This document shows positions 48,651 to 49,125 of a stretch of DNA of 49,125 nucleotides, piece by piece. The position numbers and the translations under genes are program-made. The notes beneath the pieces are model-generated. The model made no database searches. It saw only the letters and a program-made list of their open reading frames with translations, and was not told the DNA's origin. The stretch comes from Octopus bimaculoides (taxonomy: Eukaryota). How positions within the stretch are numbered: the first letter of the stretch is position 1; every line of letters begins with the position of its first letter. The stretch covers positions 61,453,182-61,502,306 of the forward strand of contig NC_068992.1 of NCBI RefSeq assembly GCF_001194135.2. The letters run 5' to 3'.

Positions 48651-49125
48651 GGAACTATGGGTATTTATAAGTGATTAGTACCAAGGGGGGTAATTACACT
48701 ATACATAGTTTTAATTTTAAATTATTCTCTATTATTATTTTCAAATTTACCTATATTGGGAAGTGTATATAATTTGTTATTATATAATTTTAGTAATATT
48801 TAATTCATATATTTATTTTATTTAAATTATTGCATTATTTTTTTTATTTATTTATTTTTTTTATTTATATAGTCTATTCAAGTGCTTTAGAAATAAAATT
48901 GTGTGATTATTTTATTCAGGAGTTAGGGGTTCAATACTTCATTTTACTAAATGTAAAATTACTTCAGTGCCAGTCTTATGATTTTATTGGAAACTATATT
49001 TGAATAACTATTGTCCTTTTTAAAAACCATTTTTACTATTTTAAGTGTCTCCTTAATAATATTAGTCATAACTTGATCCCAATACAGAATAATTAACCAT
49101 ATAATATCTTTTTTATTTTTCATAT

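Noticed and set aside
48920-48952. Small 33-nt candidate exons (also 40606-40638, 40065-40091 and 31452-31492)
   Set aside because: Too short, with weak splice sites, to distinguish from chance in AT-rich DNA.

Overview
AT-rich, intron-containing animal genomic DNA, dense in microsatellites and interspersed repeats, with three N gaps (2796-3244, 17923-18073, 20201-20210). The repeat families resemble those of octopus/coleoid cephalopods; this is recognition, not a search result. Most ORFs in the supplied track are spurious or fragmentary, so the genes were rebuilt from splice sites. (1) A perilipin-family gene on + with 9 coding exons (961-9868, 424 aa). (2) IER3IP1/Yos1 on - with 3 coding exons (20962-15406, 81 aa); exon 1 is absent from the ORF track. 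(3) An intronless TTI2 on + (21301-22887, 528 aa), head-to-head with IER3IP1 with only 338 bp between the start codons. From about 23 kb onward the window is mostly transposon remnants: a full-length dead mariner with TIRs, an internally deleted hAT, two RTE LINE fragments, a restriction-like-endonuclease LINE end, a Helitron helicase fragment, MITEs and many SINE-like repeats. Three well-flanked candidate exons (36.7, 39.4, 43.9 kb) may belong to an unidentified + strand gene. The most striking non-coding signal is a complete minimal type I hammerhead ribozyme motif (16796-16868, -) of the Penelope/retrozyme type, in sense orientation inside IER3IP1 intron 1.
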